From the NCBI GenBank assembly GCA_964507565.1, contig CAZDPV010000001.1, forward strand, positions 8,662 through 72,661: 64,000 nt of DNA, in the 5' to 3' direction. Below, piece after piece: positions 61,852 through 64,000 of this stretch (the stretch's first letter is position 1; each line of letters begins with the position of its first letter). This DNA comes from an uncultured Clostridium sp. Its GTDB lineage: Bacteria > Bacillota > Clostridia > TANB77 > CAG-508. The translations under genes and the position numbers were made by a program. The notes under the pieces were generated by a model. The model searched no databases. It had not been told where the DNA came from and saw only the letters and a list, made by a program, of their open reading frames with translations.

Positions 61852-64000
61852 ATGTTTAAAATTAAAAAATTGATACCAATTCTAATGATATTATTTCTAG
61901 TATTTAGTATTATACAACCTGTTTTTGCAACATCAGGTGTAGGAACATGGACAGGAGGTCAATATGCATCAGGCTTTTGCACAACTGACTCTAAAAATAG
62001 TGATGGAATATTAATTAGAAGACTTACAAATATAAATACAGGAGAACGAAAAACGGTGTTTTGCGCAGAGCACGGAATACCATTCACAACAGGGAAAAAT
62101 TACACGGGAAATTATTACACAGTAACAGATAATAATATGAAAAAGGTTTGTAAGATAGCCTATTTTGGATGGTACAAAGCTAATCAAGATTATATCGTAG
62201 ATGGAGGAATACTTGATGATAGTTGGGCTTACGATGTGCGATTAAGCTATGTTTATACACAACAATACATATGGGAAACACTTGAACAATCAAATGCTAC
62301 ATTTATAAATTCAAATATACAAGATGGGTATGTAAATTTTAAAAATGATATAAATAATCAAATTAATGCAATTAGCCAAAGACCAAGTTTTGATAGCACA
62401 ACAATAAACATTCAGGCTGGAGATACAAAAACAATAACAGATTCTAATGGAGTTTTGTCAGAATATAATTCAGTAGATAAAACAAAAGATGGAGTTAGAA
62501 TTAGTCACTCAAAAGGTAGCAATGATATTAATATTTCTGTAGATGAAAATACAAATATTGAAAATTATTCTTTGTCAGATGCTACATCAAGAGATTGGGG
62601 ATTTTATAAAGAAGGAACAGAAGATTTAGATTCAAATATATTTTTTGAATTTGATGATGGTATACAAAATCAATTGTATGCGTTGAACTACAATGATCCA
62701 GTAACACTAAAATTGAGATTAAATATTGAACTATTTGGAAAATTAGAATTAACAAAATTAAACACAAATAATGATTTAATAAATGGCTCAAAATTCAGAG
62801 TTAAAGGAAATAATTATGATAATGAAATTGAGGTAACTAATGGAAAAATAACTATAGATAAATTAAAAAAAGGTACTTATACAATTAAAGAAAGTTTTGC
62901 ACCACAAGGCTATCTAATTGACAACAACTCATACAGTGTAACAATTAAACCAAATCAGACTTCAACAGAAGCTATTATTAATGATGAGCCTAAAGGAGAA
63001 ATTACTCTTACGAAAACAGATAAGTATACAGGAAATTCAAATAGAATTATAGGAACTGCACATCACGGAGATGCAACAATAAATGGAGCAGTATATACTT
63101 TATATGCAAGTGAAGACATTTATAATGTGGCAAAAACTATAAAATATTTTTCAAAAAATGATAAAATAGCAACTTTCACTTTCAATCAATATGGAGTTGC
63201 AACTATAAATATTTCAAATGATATCACTGTAGCAAAATTGAAAGTAGAAAATAAATCTCTTAAAGGATTGCCATTGGGAATTTATTACGCAAAAGAAACT
63301 ACTACTCCACAAGGTTATAATGAAGATTCTAATGTTTATAATTATAATTTAACATATAAAGATATGAATACATCTATAATTAAATTAAATAATATTGCAG
63401 AAGAACAAGTAAAAAGAGCTAAATTTGAAGTAATTAAAGTATCTACAAACGATAATAGTACAGCTGATAAAATTGAAAATGCAGAATTTACTGCTATACT
63501 TACAAAATATGTTGATTATTATGGAAGTTTTGAAAATGCTCAAAGTCATTTAAATGAAATGTATCAAGATGAATATTCTGTTTTTAAAACAGATGAAAAT
63601 GGACACGGAATTTCAAATTTTTTAGCTTATGGAGAATATACGGTTAGAGAAACTTCTACTCCTTCAGATAGAATAGAAACAGTCAAAGATTTTTATATAA
63701 ATATTGATAAGGAATCTAATGGTATTATTAAGGAATTTGTAGAAAATGATTTACCTTTTGAGTCATATATAAAGCTAATAAAGGAAGATAGTAAAACTGG
63801 TAAAAAGGTAATACTATCAAATGCAACTTTTAGCTTATATAGATTAAATGAAGAAACAAATGAATATGAAAGAGTAACCTGCAAAACAGGAAAAGAAACT
63901 TATGATACTTGGACAACAGATGAAACAGGTACAGCTTTTACAGAAACTAAGCTAAAAGCAGGAAAATATAAAGTAGATGAAGTAAAATTACCTGATGGAT
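61852..64000 (+). CDS. Secreted thioester-domain / SpaA(Cna-B-like)-repeat surface adhesin, with its 3' end outside the window
   Basis: This is my own translation; the ORF has no stop in the window so it is absent from the track. Signal peptide MFKIKKLIPILMILFLVFSIIQPVFA. The thioester-type Cys context is VFCAEHG (Cys codon 62062-62064) and the Gln context is YTQQYIWE (62260-62262). After that come repeated units such as GSKFRVKG..GKITIDKLKKGTYTIKESFAPQGY and AVYTLYA..LPLGIYYAKETTTPQGY. Confidence 0.8.
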   Translation, partial: MFKIKKLIPILMILFLVFSIIQPVFATSGVGTWTGGQYASGFCTTDSKNSDGILIRRLTNINTGERKTVFCAEHGIPFTTGKNYTGNYYTVTDNNMKKVCKIAYFGWYKANQDYIVDGGILDDSWAYDVRLSYVYTQQYIWETLEQSNATFINSNIQDGYVNFKNDINNQINAISQRPSFDSTTINIQAGDTKTITDSNGVLSEYNSVDKTKDGVRISHSKGSNDINISVDENTNIENYSLSDATSRDWGFYKEGTEDLDSNIFFEFDDGIQNQLYALNYNDPVTLKLRLNIELFGKLELTKLNTNNDLINGSKFRVKGNNYDNEIEVTNGKITIDKLKKGTYTIKESFAPQGYLIDNNSYSVTIKPNQTSTEAIINDEPKGEITLTKTDKYTGNSNRIIGTAHHGDATINGAVYTLYASEDIYNVAKTIKYFSKNDKIATFTFNQYGVATINISNDITVAKLKVENKSLKGLPLGIYYAKETTTPQGYNEDSNVYNYNLTYKDMNTSIIKLNNIAEEQVKRAKFEVIKVSTNDNSTADKIENAEFTAILTKYVDYYGSFENAQSHLNEMYQDEYSVFKTDENGHGISNFLAYGEYTVRETSTPSDRIETVKDFYINIDKESNGIIKEFVENDLPFESYIKLIKEDSKTGKKVILSNATFSLYRLNEETNEYERVTCKTGKETYDTWTTDETGTAFTETKLKAGKYKVDEVKLPDG

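Larger units (their letters stand above)
58114..64000 (+). mobile_element. Left part of a putative integrated plasmid/ICE-like island. The left border is approximate and the right end is beyond the window.
   Basis: There is an abrupt switch from the ribosomal/IF-3 operon to a co-oriented set of short terminator-separated genes, parA-parB, a Cys-rich membrane protein and a thioester adhesin typical of Firmicute conjugative elements. No integrase or relaxase is seen in the part inside the window. Confidence 0.45.

Noticed and set aside
1-64000. CRISPR arrays, rRNA genes, IS elements or transposases.
   Set aside because: I saw no regularly spaced 25-40-nt direct repeats, no rRNA-like conserved stretches, and no transposase- or integrase-like ORFs on either strand.

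Overview
This is a very AT-rich chromosomal segment (roughly 25-30% G+C by eye) from an endospore-forming Firmicute that looks Clostridia-like. Most of it is conserved core genome, in this order:
- Left end: rluD/rluB, a frameshifted spoVB, hup and tRNA-Leu(UAA).
- A ten-gene type IV pilus (T4P) locus.
- A ROK kinase, scpB-proS, dut, carD, dnaG-rpoD and rpsF-ssb-rpsR.
- A metal ABC importer, pflBA, a PBP, spoIIID, rpmB and an unlisted spoVM micro-ORF.
- A GH18 spore-cortex-type hydrolase, greA and valS.
- spoIIAA-spoIIAB-sigF directly coupled to spoIID, then a SpoIIQ-like M23 protein.
- veg, a SipL-like DUF3794/LysM protein, yunB, a stand-alone ComEC-type MBL domain protein and infC-rpmI-rplT.

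The accessory or odd parts are:
1. A convergent pair at 2.9-6.4 kb made of a replication-relaxation-family protein and a TraG/VirD4-like coupling ATPase. No other conjugation genes are near it.
2. The T4P locus itself. All three prepilin-like genes lack Glu5, and the major pilin candidate is only 77 aa.
3. A comparatively G+C-rich orphan HTH gene at 39.0-39.6 kb.
4. From about 58.1 kb to the window end, a plasmid/ICE-like island: phased repeats, a pilin-leader fragment, a RinA/ArpU-like regulator, ParA, a frameshifted ParB, a Cys-rich membrane protein and a thioester/SpaA-repeat adhesin that runs off the window.

I found no CRISPR array, rRNA, transposase or integrase. No single candidate is proven novel. 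The Glu5-less pilus locus, the orphan coupling-ATPase pair, the sigF-spoIID fusion of compartments and the right-hand island are the best places to look.

All calls come from reading the sequence and the ORF track. No database search was run.
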